From Octopus sinensis (taxonomy: Eukaryota): a DNA stretch of 64,000 bases. Under the pieces are notes generated by a model. The model made no database searches. It had not been told where the DNA came from and saw only the letters and a list, made by a program, of their open reading frames with translations. The first letter of the stretch is position 1. The number at the start of each line of letters is the position of its first letter. The translations under genes were made by a program, and so were the position numbers. This document shows positions 1 through 12,750 of the stretch, in pieces. The stretch is taken from NCBI RefSeq assembly GCF_006345805.1, contig NC_043003.1, positions 41,726,001-41,790,000 on the forward strand, read 5' to 3'.

Positions 1-59
1 GGATTGGCGAAATCCACCGTCCAAAGTATAGCAATTCTTTCTTATTTTGGCACAATGGC

Positions 60-450
60 AACAATTTCTAGGGTGGGGAACTTTGAAAGGCAAAGTCCAC
101 CTTGCCGGAATTTGAACTTAGAACATAAAAACGAAGATGTCGCTAAGCATTTTATAATGCGTGCTAATAATTCCGCCAGATCGTCGATTAAATTGGAACT
201 AAGGGCGCACGGAGCCGGAAGAAAAGCCGCTAAACGTTCTTTTTTGTGTGCTAATGATTCCGTTAGCTCACCGACTTAAATTGGGATTCAGAGTGCACGG
301 GACCGGAAGAAAAGCCGCTAAGCGATCTTTCATGTGCGCTAATGATTCCGCAAGCTCGCCGACTAAAATTGGAACTCAGAGCACATGGAGCTGGAAGAAA
401 AGCCGCTAAGCGTTAGTTCTGGTACGCCAATGATTCTGCCCACTCGCTGT
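60..450 (-). repeat. tRNA-derived SINE fragment followed by three tandem 88-bp copies of its head
   Basis: Units start at 190, 278 and 366 (aaattggaact...gccgctaag...gctaatgattcc...gctcgccgact). They match the 5' head of the SINE copies at 5994 and 42533. Confidence 0.75.
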
Positions 451-489
451 TTTAACTATATTAATAGAAATGGCTTCATTGTTTGCCAA

Positions 490-1240
490 AGGACCAGCGG
501 TTTTCGAAAGGAAGGGAAAGTCGATTACATCAATACCAATACTTGATTGGTTCTTATTTTAATGGGCACGTAAGAAGAAAGTCAAAGTTGACATCGGCGG
601 ATTAAATACGCTAATAATGATGGGTTTTGTTTTAGGCAAACACCTGCAGAATTTCAGAGGAGGTTTCATTCAATAAAATGGATATCGGTATTAGACTATC
701 ACTGCACTTTTTAACGACCCAGTAGGAATGAAAATCAGAGTTGATCGTCATAGGATTTGAACTTTGTAGCAAATGTAGCAAAACATTTTCTCCGATGCTG
801 TAATGATTCTACCAATCCACAACCGTTAGATTAATTTAATTCATGAACAAGACCAGTAATTTTGATTGGAGGGGATTAATCAATATCATCGACGCCAATA
901 CATGACTATTATTATACCAGCTTGAAAGGATGAAAGACAAAGTTAAACTGGACATGACTTAAAATTAGAATTTAATGGCACATAACAAATATTGCAAAGA
1001 ATTTCTCCCAATGCTGTAAAACATTCTGTTAGTTCACGGCCTCTACGATATTGTCACTAACTTAGGCTCAACTCTAACAAGTACATTGGGGATGGATTAG
1101 TCAACCAAGTATATGGCTGGTATTTTAGTTTTATCAAACTGATAAAGATAAAACTAAATGTTGACCTCGGTTATATTTGAACTTGTTACGTAGAATTCTT
1201 TCAGAATCGGGTAAAGTGCCTGGCAATATTTAGTTTTGTC
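490..1240 (-). mobile_element. cluster of decayed SINE copies
   Basis: Repeated degenerate motifs of the same SINE, such as gtcgattacat, ggatgaaag.caaagtt and atttgaact. Confidence 0.55.
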
Positions 1241-1336
1241 AATTAAATACAAACCACTTATTTTCAGATTTTCTGTCAACTTTGCCAAATCATCGCCATA
1301 AATACAATATATTCCTCATCAACAGTAACAGTCACA

Positions 1337-1337
<1 letters not shown>

Positions 1338-1423
<86 letters not shown>
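1338..1423 (+). repeat. (TAA)n microsatellite, 5' flank of the RLE LINE
   Basis: Direct reading. Confidence 0.95.
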
Positions 1424-1424
<1 letters not shown>

Positions 1425-4415
1425 CTAGCCGTCACTGAACTAGCCACTGAAACAAAAAAAAGTGATATCACTGAACTAAATGACTTGATATACGCAGCAG
1501 CCACTGCAGCCACAAAAGAAGCTGGATACTCACCCAAACCCGCCCAAACAGGAGTACCACCACCCAAACAAACCCTGTGGATAAATAACATCCAAACAAA
1601 ATTAAAAAAATTAGAAAAGACCTGTCGATTCTTAATGAAATCAGCAAAAAAGCAACGCTACTGAGCAACAAAAAGAGAACAAAAATGCTCCGCAAATATA
1701 ACACCACAGAAAAAGATTTGCCGGAGATAAAAGAAAAGCTGAAGCAAGATATCCTTGCCAAAGCTCAAAGGATCCGCCGGTACGAGAAACGCCAACGCTT
1801 CTTTGAACAGAACAAAAAGTTCAACTCCGACCCCAAAAAGTTCTACCAAGAACTGGGCAAAAATAAAATAGAAGTCACTGCAGCACCAACGGCAGAAGAA
1901 TTGGAAGAATTCTGGGGAGAAATATGGTCGGCGAACGAACCACCAAAAAAAAGGAGTATCAAAATAACAAACTCGGCATCTGAACAAACTTGGACCCCCA
2001 TAACAACTGAAGAGGTCACCCAGTCACTGCAAAGACTAAGCAACTGGAAGGCACCTGGGCATGACAAGATCCCCAACTTCTGGTTGAAATATCTAACAGG
2101 AATGCACAAAAAGCTGGCTGAAAACTTTAACAGCATACTAGCAGAGCCAGAGACAATGCCTGAATGGCTCACGAAGGAAAAAAAACCATCTTAATTCCCA
2201 AATCAAATGAAACAGAAAAACCAGAAAACTACAGACCAATAACCTGCCTCCCTACTATGTTCAAGGCATTTACTGCAGTGATATCACAAAGGCTGAACAA
2301 GCACCTGGACGAAAACAAAAATGTCCCAGAAGAGCAGAAAGGATGCCGCAAGGGCTCATATGGCTGTAAAGATCAACTAATGATTATAAAGCCATAACTG
2401 AAGACAGCCACAGAAAGAAGAAAGGCCTCAGTATGGCCTGGATTGACTACAAAAAGGCGTTTGATAGCATCCCCCACACATGGATCCTCGAAACACTAGC
2501 CATTAACAAAGTAGCACCAACAATCATAAAATTCATAGAGCACTCTATGAATAAATGGCAAACAGTCCTACACCTCCAAACAAAAGAGGGACTCATGAAA
2601 ACCAAAGACATCCCCATTAGAAGAGGAATATTCCAGGGAGATACGCTCTCTCCACTCCTTTTCTGCTTGGCACTGTCACTCTCTATCTGATATGCTAAAT
2701 AGAACTGGATGCGGATATAAATGCTACGGCAAAACGATCAGCCACCTTTTATATATGGATGACCTAAAACTATACGCTGCAAATGACAAACAGCTGGAAA
2801 CACTATTAAAGACAGTTCATGGATTTACCAAAGAAATAGATATGAAATTTGGATTAGAAAAATGCGCCAAAGTAACCATGAAAGAAGGGAAAACTAGTTA
2901 AGAGTAACAACATCACACTAGATGAAGCAAATGAAATAAAAGAATTAGACCAAAGCCAAACTTACAAATACTTAGGAATCCATGAACTAGATAAGACACA
3001 ACACACACAAATGAAAGAGAAAATAAAAAAAAGAATATTATAGACGAGTTAGATCAATACTAAACACAGAGCTCAATGCTAAAAACAAGATAATAGGTAT
3101 CAACACTTTAGCTGTCCCAGTTATAAGTTACAGCTACAATATCCTTAACTGGACACGAAATGAACTGACCAAAATAGACAGGAAAACAAGAAAAATAATG
3201 ACAGGATCTAGGATGCATCACCCAAAATCTGACATAGAAAGACTATATATACAACGTATAGAAGGTGGTAGAGGCCTTATACAGCTGGAAAACTACTATA
3301 AAATAACACCATAGGACTGCAAAAATATCTACTTCAGAAGGAAGGAAAACTGATCCAGATAGCGGCAAAACACGAGCAAAACAAAAAACTGTTCTCAGTA
3401 TTTAAGGAAGCTGACAAATACAAACAAGAAATCATACCACCTAATAAACATGAAGAAGAAGAAGAAGATGATGAAGAAACAACAAAAGCTATAAAAAAAA
3501 TGAAATCCAAACTAAAAATAGAACAGCAACGAACCATGATAAAACGATGGCAAGAAAAGCCCCTTCATGGTAAATACTGGACTAAACTAAACGCAAAAGA
3601 AATAGACAAAGAAAAATCCCAGCAATGGTTGAGAAGCTCAGGACTCAAAGCAGAAACAGAGGGATTTTTAATTGCAGCACAAGACCAAAGCCTCCCCACC
3701 AGAAATTACCAAAAACATGTAATGAAAAGAAATATTACAAGTAACTGCAGAATATGTGGAGATGGACAAGAAACAATAAATCATATTATCTCTAGCTGCC
3801 CAGTCCTGGCTAAGAAGGAATATATTCACAGACATGACAGAGTTGGAACTTACATACATTGGAAGCTATGCCAACATTATGGAATAACAACAGAAAAAAG
3901 ATGGTATAGGCACACACCAGAAAAGGTCACAGAAAACGAGAAAGCAACCATACTCTGGGATATGCCGATACACACAGATAGAGAAATTAAGGCCAACAGA
4001 CCAGATATAGTTGTCAGAGACCATGAAGAAAAAAAATGCTTTCTAATTGATGTATCAGTACCGGCAGATGACAACGTGTCTCTAAAAGAAATGGAGAAAC
4101 TCTCAAAATACAAAGACCTGGAAATAGAGGTAACTAGAATGTGGAACCTGAAAACAGAAACAATTCCTATCATAGTAGGTGCATTAGGCATGATAAAAAA
4201 ATATTCAGACAAATACATAACAAAAACACCAGGACTTACAAACACATATAACATACAGAAAATTGCACTACTAGGCACTGCACACATCCTACGCAGAACA
4301 CTTTCCATACAATAACCATCAGAGCATCACAACAAATCACAGCACATACCCAAGGCACACAGAGCTGCGCTCGGTAGTGAAGTGAAAGCACGCTATAAAA
4401 ATAAAAATAAAACTA

Positions 4416-4418
<3 letters not shown>
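1424..4418 (+). mobile_element. non-LTR retrotransposon, R4/Dong clade (RT plus C-terminal restriction-like endonuclease), 5'-truncated and frameshifted
   Basis: RT motifs NYRPITCLPT, EQKGCRKG, AWIDYKKAFDSIPH, GIFQGDTLSPLLF, YMDDLKLY and YKYLG. CCHC knuckle CRICG..ETINHIISSC, RHD motif, and PDIVV..IDVSVP..KLSKYKDL RLE motif. Stop at 4313-4315, about 100 bp of 3'UTR, (TAA)n on both sides. Confidence 0.92.
3500..4315 (+). pseudogene. intact C-terminal ORF segment of the R4/Dong LINE (CCHC plus RLE endonuclease)
   Basis: 271-aa open frame with the CCHC and PD-(D/E)xK motifs. The upstream RT part is broken into several frames. Confidence 0.85.
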
Positions 4419-4461
<43 letters not shown>

Positions 4462-4472
4462 GTAGTAATAAT
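4419..4472 (+). repeat. (TAA)n, 3' flank of the LINE and tail of the adjacent SINE
   Basis: Direct reading. Confidence 0.9.
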
Positions 4473-4690
4473 CCTTTCTGCTACAAGCACAACGCCTGAA
4501 ATATGGGTGGTGTAGAGGTCGAATTCATTGACCCTAATGCTCAACCAATACTTATTTCATTGAACCAGAATGAACGAGATGGAAACTCAACCTCAGAGGT
4601 ATTTGAACTCAGAACGTACAGATGAATGGACAAGCTGTAAGGCAAGTTGCTCGCCGTGCTAACGATTTTGCCAGCTTACTGCCTTCATAA
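4473..4690 (-). mobile_element. tRNA-derived SINE (diverged)
   Basis: atttgaactcagaacgt...gctaacgattttgccagct matches the other copies. Confidence 0.75.
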
Positions 4691-4699
4691 TAATAATTC

Positions 4700-4908
4700 T
4701 TTCTACTGGAAGCACAAGGCTTCAGATTTGTGGGGAGGGGACTACTCGATTACATTGACCCCAGTGTTTCACTGGTTCTTAATTTATCCACACCGCAAGG
4801 ATGAAAGGCAAAGCTGACTTCGGCGAAATTTGAACTCAGAACGCAAACACGGGCGGAATAACACTAAGCATTTTGCCCGGCGTGCTAACGATTATTCCAG
4901 CTCGCCGC
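4700..4908 (-). mobile_element. tRNA-derived SINE
   Basis: gattacattgaccccagt...ggatgaaaggcaaagctgacttcggcgaaatttgaactcagaacg...gctaacgattattccagctcgcc. Confidence 0.85.
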
Positions 4909-4913
4909 ATTTT

Positions 4914-4915
4914 TC

Positions 4916-4965
<50 letters not shown>

Positions 4966-5032
4966 CTCAATAACAATAACAACAACAATAATAATGATAA
5001 TAATGATAATAATAATAATAATAATAATGATG

Positions 5033-5084
<52 letters not shown>

Positions 5085-5133
5085 TAACAAGAATAATAAT
5101 AATCATGATGATGATGTTGATAATAATAATAAT
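4914..5133 (+). repeat. (AAT)n/(GAT)n/(AAC)n compound microsatellite
   Basis: Direct reading. It explains the poly-N and poly-I ORFs. Confidence 0.95.
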
Positions 5134-5587
5134 GATCCGCCGCAGAGAGCTATAATGGAAGTTATAAAACAAATATGAGATCAAGATAAAAATACACAAA
5201 ACAAAGGTCAAACGCTAAAACTATATAAAAACAAACAAAACAATAAATGAAAAAAATACAAACCTTAAACAAAAATAAATATATAAGAAAAACAACCAGA
5301 AAGTGAAAACTGTGTGGTGATGGTTTGCGCTTTAAGACTGAAAGTGTGTCGTCCATCCAGGAATTACATGGCTCAACGGCCAAAATTCCTTATCAGCAAC
5401 TCGTAAAAAGGACATTTAATACGGCTAATAACACATGAACCACTTGGAATGATTCCAGTAGCCGTTATCTTCGTCATGATTGCGTTAGAATTTTCTTTTG
5501 AATACAGTAGCGTATAGAATACGACGGGAAGGCGACTGTATCTTCTCTGCTTGTTAATATTACATATATACTCTAACAATGGGGTCA

Positions 5588-5633
<46 letters not shown>

Positions 5634-5652
5634 TATATATATACATATATAG

Positions 5653-5769
5653 CTATATATATTGGGTAATCACAAACGCTGAAACAGAATCTGCTGCAAC
5701 TAGTGCCAAATATCAGCCCGTAGATTTAGCCATATTGACGTGCTCGGGCATATTGGATCATACAACTAC
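5653..5769 (+). CDS. candidate coding exon of an unidentified gene
   Basis: AG at 5651-52 and GTAAAG donor at 5770. Open frame YIYWVITNAETESAATSAKYQPVDLAILTCSGILDHTT ends in phase 2, compatible with the next candidate. Confidence 0.3.
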
Positions 5770-5843
5770 GTAAAGATTTATGTTCGGGGTGTTAGTATAT
5801 GGTATATATCGATGCAGCTTTTGTGTGTGTTGCCCTATCGTAG

Positions 5844-5906
5844 CGTATGTACATATATAAAGCAATCACGATGTTCCAAGTTCGATCATGTTGAATGTCA
5901 ACAAAG
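5844..5906 (+). CDS. candidate coding exon of an unidentified gene
   Basis: tgccctatcgtag acceptor and AAG|gtaaat donor. 63 nt, only one open frame (VCTYIKQSRCSKFDHVECQQ), phase 2-2. Confidence 0.35.
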
Positions 5907-5993
5907 GTAAATTTCAACCTTTTCCAAGGATTAATAAAATAGACAGAATGAGAGAAGAAAAAAAAAACTTACTTGCAATATTTAGTTATATCT

Positions 5994-6203
5994 AAGGCTT
6001 CGAGCTGGCAGAAACGTTAGCACGCCGGGTGAAATGCTTAGCACTAGTTCGTCTGTCTTTACGTTTTGAGTTCAAATTCCACCGAGGTCGACTTTGCCGT
6101 TCATACTTTTGAGATCGAAATACTAAGAACCAGTTGCGTACTGGGGTCGATTTAATCGACTGGCACCTCCCCAAAATTTCGGGCCTAGAGTAGAAAAGAA
6201 TAT
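5994..6203 (+). mobile_element. tRNA-derived SINE
   Basis: gagctggcagaaacgttagcacgccggg...gagttcaaattccaccgaggtcgactttgcc...ggggtcgatttaatcgac; B-box-like gttcaaattcc. Confidence 0.9.
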
Positions 6204-7189
6204 TTAGTTATGTCCCTTTAACGCTTACGTTCAACACTTGCTAAGTAATGCATATGAAATCGGCAAGACGAAAACTAAATTTTTTTAGGACAGAGGAATT
6301 CTTACTACTATGAGTGTTCACAGAAGAGTTCCATGAACCCAATTATTCTAAGACGGGTAAAGTTATAAAATCATTTTTCCAAATCTTTTTTTTTTTTTCT
6401 GAAAGAGAAATATGTTATATAAATACCTCTGAAATGCATGATAGTATAAACTGAGTAGAACGGTCATCGATAGCAGAAATGGAATGCACACGGTCAAAAC
6501 ACCTTTTGCTAATTTAAACATATTAGTGTGCAGTTTAGAATATCAGGTAATTGTTGAATATTGCTGGATATTGGAGTATGCAGTAATTATATATTGTTGG
6601 TAGCTATTAAGCTCTATTGGTGTATTTTGGTGTACATTGTCAAAAAATTGCAGTGTGGTTAGTGGGTATATATTGTATGAGAGACACAAAAATAATGAGA
6701 TACTAAATCATTGATATTTCTGTTTTAGTAAAAAAGAAAATAATAACAGTAAATGTTAACAGCCCTTAAAATTGTTAGAGGCAATTTCAAGAGAATGATT
6801 TCAATAAGAATAACCAATTAATTTTTAAATCATATAAAATTAACTCGCTTTTGTGAGAATTGCAAGCATAAACGTTTTACAGGCCTGTTGTTATATGTGT
6901 GTGTTTTGTCTCTTGCATGTTGAGCGATTGAAAAGGACCAACCGCACTCATTCTGAACAAATATGCATTTGCCTCAAATGTCTATGAGTCAACACCTTTG
7001 GATGCAAAATTGCCGCAGATGTGACACCAGATATTCCAACTCTTAGTTTAGACAGATGTTTTTCAAAACAGCTGTCTAGATGAAGACAAGAAGATTCCCA
7101 CAACATAATGTTGGACAGCATAGAATCTAGTACTTTGACAATTTTTACTGAATTGCATTTAACCACTAGTAATAAAATGCTATGTAACA

Positions 7190-7295
7190 TATTTCTTACT
7201 TCTGTATTGCCCACAAGGGGCTAAACATAGAGGAGACAAACAAGGACAAAGGTATTAAGTCGATTACATCGACCCCAGTGCGTAACTGGTACTTA
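7190..7295 (-). mobile_element. SINE 3' half
   Basis: Nearly identical to 42533-42635 (cccacaaggggctaaac...gtcgattacatcgaccccagtgcgtaa). Confidence 0.85.
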
Positions 7296-7570
7296 TCTAT
7301 TTATCTGTCTGTCTATCTATCTTCATACATACATATATTGAGGCGCACACACACACATATATGTACATGTATATATTCATACTCACATATCTACAATTGC
7401 ATACATGTGTGTGTGACTATGTATGTGACTGTGTCTGTTTATGTGTGTGATGGTGTGCGTGCGCGTGTGTGTCAGCGTGTGTGCGTGTTTCTGTGCGCAC
7501 GTGAGTAAAGTAAGACATTTTGGCTTTTGGTTGTTTTATTTTAATGATTTTTCCCTCTCTTCCTTATTAG

Positions 7571-7783
7571 ACTGACGTGTCTGGTCTGGAATACTACAGT
7601 TCTTAAATCTCTTAGTCTGACATTTGAAATGGTGCACGGTTTAATCTCAAAATATATTATTGCTAATGACATGTTTGTGCGTTCTGAGAAATACGGAAAT
7701 AAGAAAAAAAACAACCAAATAGAACTTGTTAACATTCGAGATTTTAATAAGTTTGACACAAAATCTGTTCTTAATCTAAATAT
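7571..7783 (+). CDS. candidate coding exon of an unidentified gene
   Basis: Long polypyrimidine acceptor (ttttccctctcttccttattag) and donor AT|gtaggt. 213 nt with a single open frame of 70 codons (LTCLVWNTTVLKSLSLTFEMVHGLISKY...IELVNIRDFNKFDTKSVLNLN), phase 2-2. Confidence 0.45.
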
Positions 7784-8423
7784 GTAGGTAAGAATGCGTG
7801 AGTTGTAAACGAAAGAAAGAAGGAAGGAAACCGAAACGCAGTGTACATATAGACTGATAGACAGATATATATATATATATATAAATATGTATGTATGTAT
7901 GTATGTATGTATGTTTGTGTGTGTGTGTATACATACATACACACACAAACACACACACACACACACAGACACACACACATATATATATATATACAATGTA
8001 TTTATTTATTATGGTAATTTTGACTTTAAGAGTCCCTCCAACGTGAGGCATTTATGTATAGTAATGCCCTTAATATAAATAAATATATTTAAGAGGAATA
8101 GTTGATGGATTTTCCCTTATAAGGTTTGTTACGCTAACTTCTTGATAAATTCTTATAAAGATTTTATCCTGTTATTCAATTGTATATATACATGTATGTA
8201 TTTATATGTACATAATACATATGTGGGATGTAAGGGTCTCCAAATGGACGTATCTAGGTGTCTGGCAGATGCACGTTGCCAGGAATGGTCAGATGAGTGG
8301 AATCTCTCACTTGTTGTGTCTTTGCGTTGCAGCCTGATAATACACGTCAGCTGCAGGGATTAGTCAATCGAGGGGATGGTGTCAACATACATACACATGT
8401 GTGTGGGCGTGTCTGTATATGTA

Positions 8424-8730
8424 TAGGACCAGGCGTAGCTGTTTGGAAAGAGGTTCGCTTGTCAACCATATGTTTTCTGGTTCAGTCCCACTGCGTAGCA
8501 GCTTGGATGTCTTCCGTTATTGTCTCGGGCTGACCAATGCCTTGTGGTTTCAATTTGGGAAACAGAAAAAGAAAGAAGTATTTACCCCTGTGTGTCTTTG
8601 TGTCTGTGTTTGTCAGCAATTTACAACCGATGTTGGTCTGCTTACGTCCCGTAATAAAGCGCTTCGGCAAAAGATACCTAGCCAAAGTACCAGACAAAAT
8701 GTAAATAATTGGGTCGATTCATTAAAGTAA
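8424..8730 (+). mobile_element. second tRNA-derived SINE family
   Basis: ggcgtagctgtttggaaagag...ggttcagtcccactgcgt head, followed by a body shared with 10585-11077. Confidence 0.75.
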
Positions 8731-8904
8731 AATTATTCAAGGCTCTGCCCCAGCATATATGCACAAACGGTAAAAATAAGGCTCAAAATACGAGTATTTG
8801 TAATTTTTTAACAGTGTTTAACAGAAGCAACACAGTGACTCAATGACCGTGAGTTTCCTGTGTTGTCAGTTATCAAAATTCTCGGTCCTTCATATTTCGC
8901 TTAG

Positions 8905-8974
8905 GAATTGCGCTACTAATAACCTGTTGATAGAACTCCGTATACATATGCTTCAGAACGAAGAGTCAGCCGAG
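8905..8974 (+). CDS. candidate coding exon of an unidentified gene
   Basis: ttcatatttcgcttag acceptor and GAG|gtgaga donor. Frame NCATNNLLIELRIHMLQNEESAE, phase 2-0, compatible with 7571-7783. Confidence 0.4.
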
Positions 8975-9977
8975 GTGAGAGCAGTAATAAGCTACGTGAA
9001 TGACAAAGAAGTATGATTACTTTATGAACTTCATTAGCTTACACGTGTTCATAGCACTTCACGTTTGAAGCACTGATTGAGACATAGTAGAAGCATTGGT
9101 ATAACTATGGAGGTCATTTTAGCTGAAGAGTTATCCTTCTATATCCGCATTGATTAGTAAATGTATAATTGTACTAAGATGCGGGGAAAACAAAAGAGGC
9201 TTTAATTCTTAGTTGCAACATTTGTTACTGTGCCAGGCAGCAGCTTTATGTTGATGAGTTCTCAATCATGTAATATTTTATCAATACGGTTTGAAGCACC
9301 GGGACACAATTGTTGCTTAATAATATATATATTTATCTATATAAATACTTATTAAATGATTTTGATATAATACTATATGAACGAGAATCCAGCAATTAAA
9401 AGCCGGTGCCTGGTGCAGAAGCAACTGTTTTAATTTACAATTAAAGCCATTGTTTTTCCCTCGTCGTATTGTATATATATATATATATATATATATGCAT
9501 ATATTTATATGCGTTTAGATACAATATCGACGTAGATTATAATTTATGCAAGCATGTACATATGTCGGTGAGACTGTGCGCAGGCATTTTAAAAGAGGAG
9601 AATTTTTAAACACACACTTGTACAAACACTCGGAAGCACAATTACATATTTATCCAATTGATCACTTATATTTGTAACATACATACTTGCAGACACACCA
9701 AATATCTTTTTTTATTGTTATTTTATATTTTTGATAGTTCCATCATTAGTACACGTAAAAAAAAAAAGAAAAATGTAAAACTTTTCTGTAATCCAATCAG
9801 TTTATAGTTATTTTATCGATTTTCCTATCTTTTTTATCTTATAAATGCACTTGAAGCAAACTTTAAATATAGTTAATCAGAAGAAAAACTGTACAGAAGT
9901 GATTCACTTTTTTTTCAACTAAATTTCTGTTAATTGTTTTCTCTATACGACTACTATGATATATAATATGTATGCAG

Positions 9978-10064
9978 TTTTCATTTGGCTTAGAGATAGG
10001 CTGCCGCAATATTTCACGCAACCTATTCTGGGTACATTGTTTAGGATAAAATATTACAAAACAG
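9978..10064 (+). CDS. candidate coding exon of an unidentified gene
   Basis: CAG|gtaaca donor. Frame FIWLRDRLPQYFTQPILGTLFRIKYYKT. The acceptor is ambiguous (9977 or 9992). Confidence 0.3.
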
Positions 10065-10300
10065 GTAACATCTATATTATTTTGCAATATATGAATGATT
10101 CCAAATAAGACTTCAAACGATGCACCTGTGTTTACACCATGTAACATACATATTTTACAATCTAATTTCCAGTAGTGCATTTTGTTTCCTTGTACATGAA
10201 GATTGTACAATAATCTCACATATTTATGACAAAAAAAAAAAAGGATTTGTAAGTAGTAATCAGTATGCTAGCTTTGCATTTGTAATATCTCTATTTTTAT

Positions 10301-10520
10301 AAGGCGGTGAGCTGGCAGAAAGGTTAGCAAGCCGGGCCAAGTGCTTAGCGGTATTTCGTCTACTGCTACGTTCTGGGTTCAAATTCTGCCGAGGCCTACT
10401 TTGCCGTTCATCCTTTAGGGAATCGATAATCTAAGTACCAGTCGCGTACTGGTGTCGATCTAATCAACTGCCCACCCCCTCAAAATGTCGGGCCTTGTTC
10501 CTAGAGTAGAACAGAATATC
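10301..10520 (+). mobile_element. tRNA-derived SINE
   Basis: aaggcggtgagctggcagaaaggttagc...gggttcaaattctgccgagg...gtcgatctaatcaac. Confidence 0.9.
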
Positions 10521-10584
10521 TCTATCTTTATTCCTCACCCACCGCTTTCCGAACTGCTAAGCTGTTCTACCATATGTATTATTG

Positions 10585-10832
10585 CGCATTTTATTCTTTT
10601 ATTTGCTTCAGGCATTTGACTGCGGCAATGCTGGAGCACCGCCTTTAGTCGAACAAATTGACCCCAGAACTTATTTTTTTAAGCCTAGTACTTATTCTAT
10701 CGGTGTATTTTGCCGAACCACAATGTTACGGGGCCGTAGACACACCAACATCGGTAGTGAAGCGATGGTTCTTGGACAAACACAGACAGGCAAACATATT
10801 CATATGCATACATACATACATACATACATACA

Positions 10833-10910
<78 letters not shown>

Positions 10911-11077
10911 CTTCTTTTAGGTTCCGTCTACCACATCCACTCACAAAGCTTCGGTTGGCCCGAAGCTATAGTAGAAGACACTTGCCCAAGTTGCCACGCA
11001 GTGAGACTGAACCTGGAACCATGTCATGGGTAAGCATTCTACTTCCCACACAACCACTCCTGCGCCTATATGTTCAA
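10585..11077 (-). mobile_element. second-family SINE, near full length, with internal (TACA)n/(TA)n
   Basis: Head ...gagactgaacctggaaccatg... at 11000-11070 and tail tttgactgcggcaatgctggagcacc at 10615. Confidence 0.8.
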
Positions 11078-12256
11078 CCCATATATTCCTCCAACCCATA
11101 TATTCACTACATACGAATGTACGCATTTATCCAACGCATTACAATAACATATTCCCTCCATTATATTTTGTGTTTCGCAAAACATTTCATTTTATCTTTC
11201 TCTATGATGATGGCGCTAACTAGGCAGATAGGATGCACGCTAAATTTCTTTACCGTAAGTACTGCCTACAAGAGTTTCTTCCAAAATTTCAAAGTATTGA
11301 ATTAGTTATTCGATATTCAATTCCTTTTGAAAATACAACCGAAATTAAAGCTATTACATTTGAGTTACACAACGCAATTGCACCGCTAAACATGAAATCA
11401 TCGGATATTTCCTTAATCGGAATTTTGTTGCTACGTTGAAACCTTTGTAATATCATTCTATATAATGTGAATTAATCGATGTGCAAAGTACCTTAAGACA
11501 CTTAACCTGATCTTTTTTACTTAATACTATTTACCAACACCCAACCGAAAACTATATACGTTCCTGTGCAGTTTTTACTACATTAGCAAATATTAAATTG
11601 GTTAGTGTCTAATTTAAGCACTGTATTGCAAATTCTCTACGACATTTTATTTTGTCATCATGTGTAAACACTAAGTAACCATGGTATATAATACCAAGAG
11701 AAGGATGAACTCCTCACGGCAAACAACGCAAAAGAAAACAGCATTACTCGGTCCTTCAGGAAGAGAAGTACTCTGAAGTTCAAATATAAATTGGGGAACA
11801 TAGAACAAATCCAATTACTCAACAGGAATTATGAATGAGTCAGAAATATATGAAGATTACGAGAACGTGAATAAAGAATGGATTTTTCCAAAAGTTCTAC
11901 AGGTAAAACTAGCATAACTGTAACTGAGAAAATTACGTTTCAATAATGCATGAAAATAACTCTACACCAAACTTATAAATTAGACACGCAAAATCTATGG
12001 AGGAAAGTGATGTTAACGTGAATTTGGATTTATAGAAAATAGCTATATGAAAACGACTCATTTATAAAAGCAATTTAGCACAGAAAGAACGCAGATTTTA
12101 TGAAAGAATACGTAACATAAATAATCATAATCATAAACTTATCCGAAATATAAACTGCGAAAATATAAGCAGCAATAAAGGAAACTGAGTCCTTCCACAA
12201 AACTCTTCATAAAGGAAATAAAACGAAAAACATGGAAATCAAACATGAGGCCAAAT

Positions 12257-12343
<87 letters not shown>

Positions 12344-12368
12344 TGTGTGTCTGTGTGCATGTGTGTGT

Positions 12369-12417
<49 letters not shown>

Positions 12418-12429
12418 TGTTTGTGTATA

Positions 12430-12680
12430 TATATTAATATAGGATGAAGTTTTTTACAGAAAAAAATTTAATCAAAGAGTGGCAACATATTAAAATACCT
12501 TTAAAGGTTAAAATTATAAACAACTTATAAATAAGTGCAAAAGAAAAGTATTTCCATGCCAACATACTGATAACAAAATTTTAAATCAGTGGGTATACAA
12601 TAATATGTGGAAATTAACGATTTAAATGTCTGTTATCAGCCTATTGGCATGGAAATAATTTTCTTTTGCCCTTATTTATA

Positions 12681-12681
<1 letters not shown>
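12430..12681. mobile_element. foldback (palindromic) element in (TA)n
   Basis: Arms 12525-12587 and 12619-12681 are imperfect inverted repeats. The leader is shared with 45410-45671. Confidence 0.75.

Positions 12682-12750
<69 letters not shown>

Noticed and set aside
4873-5211. Poly-Asn and poly-Ile ORFs
   Set aside because: They are translations of the (AAT)n microsatellite.
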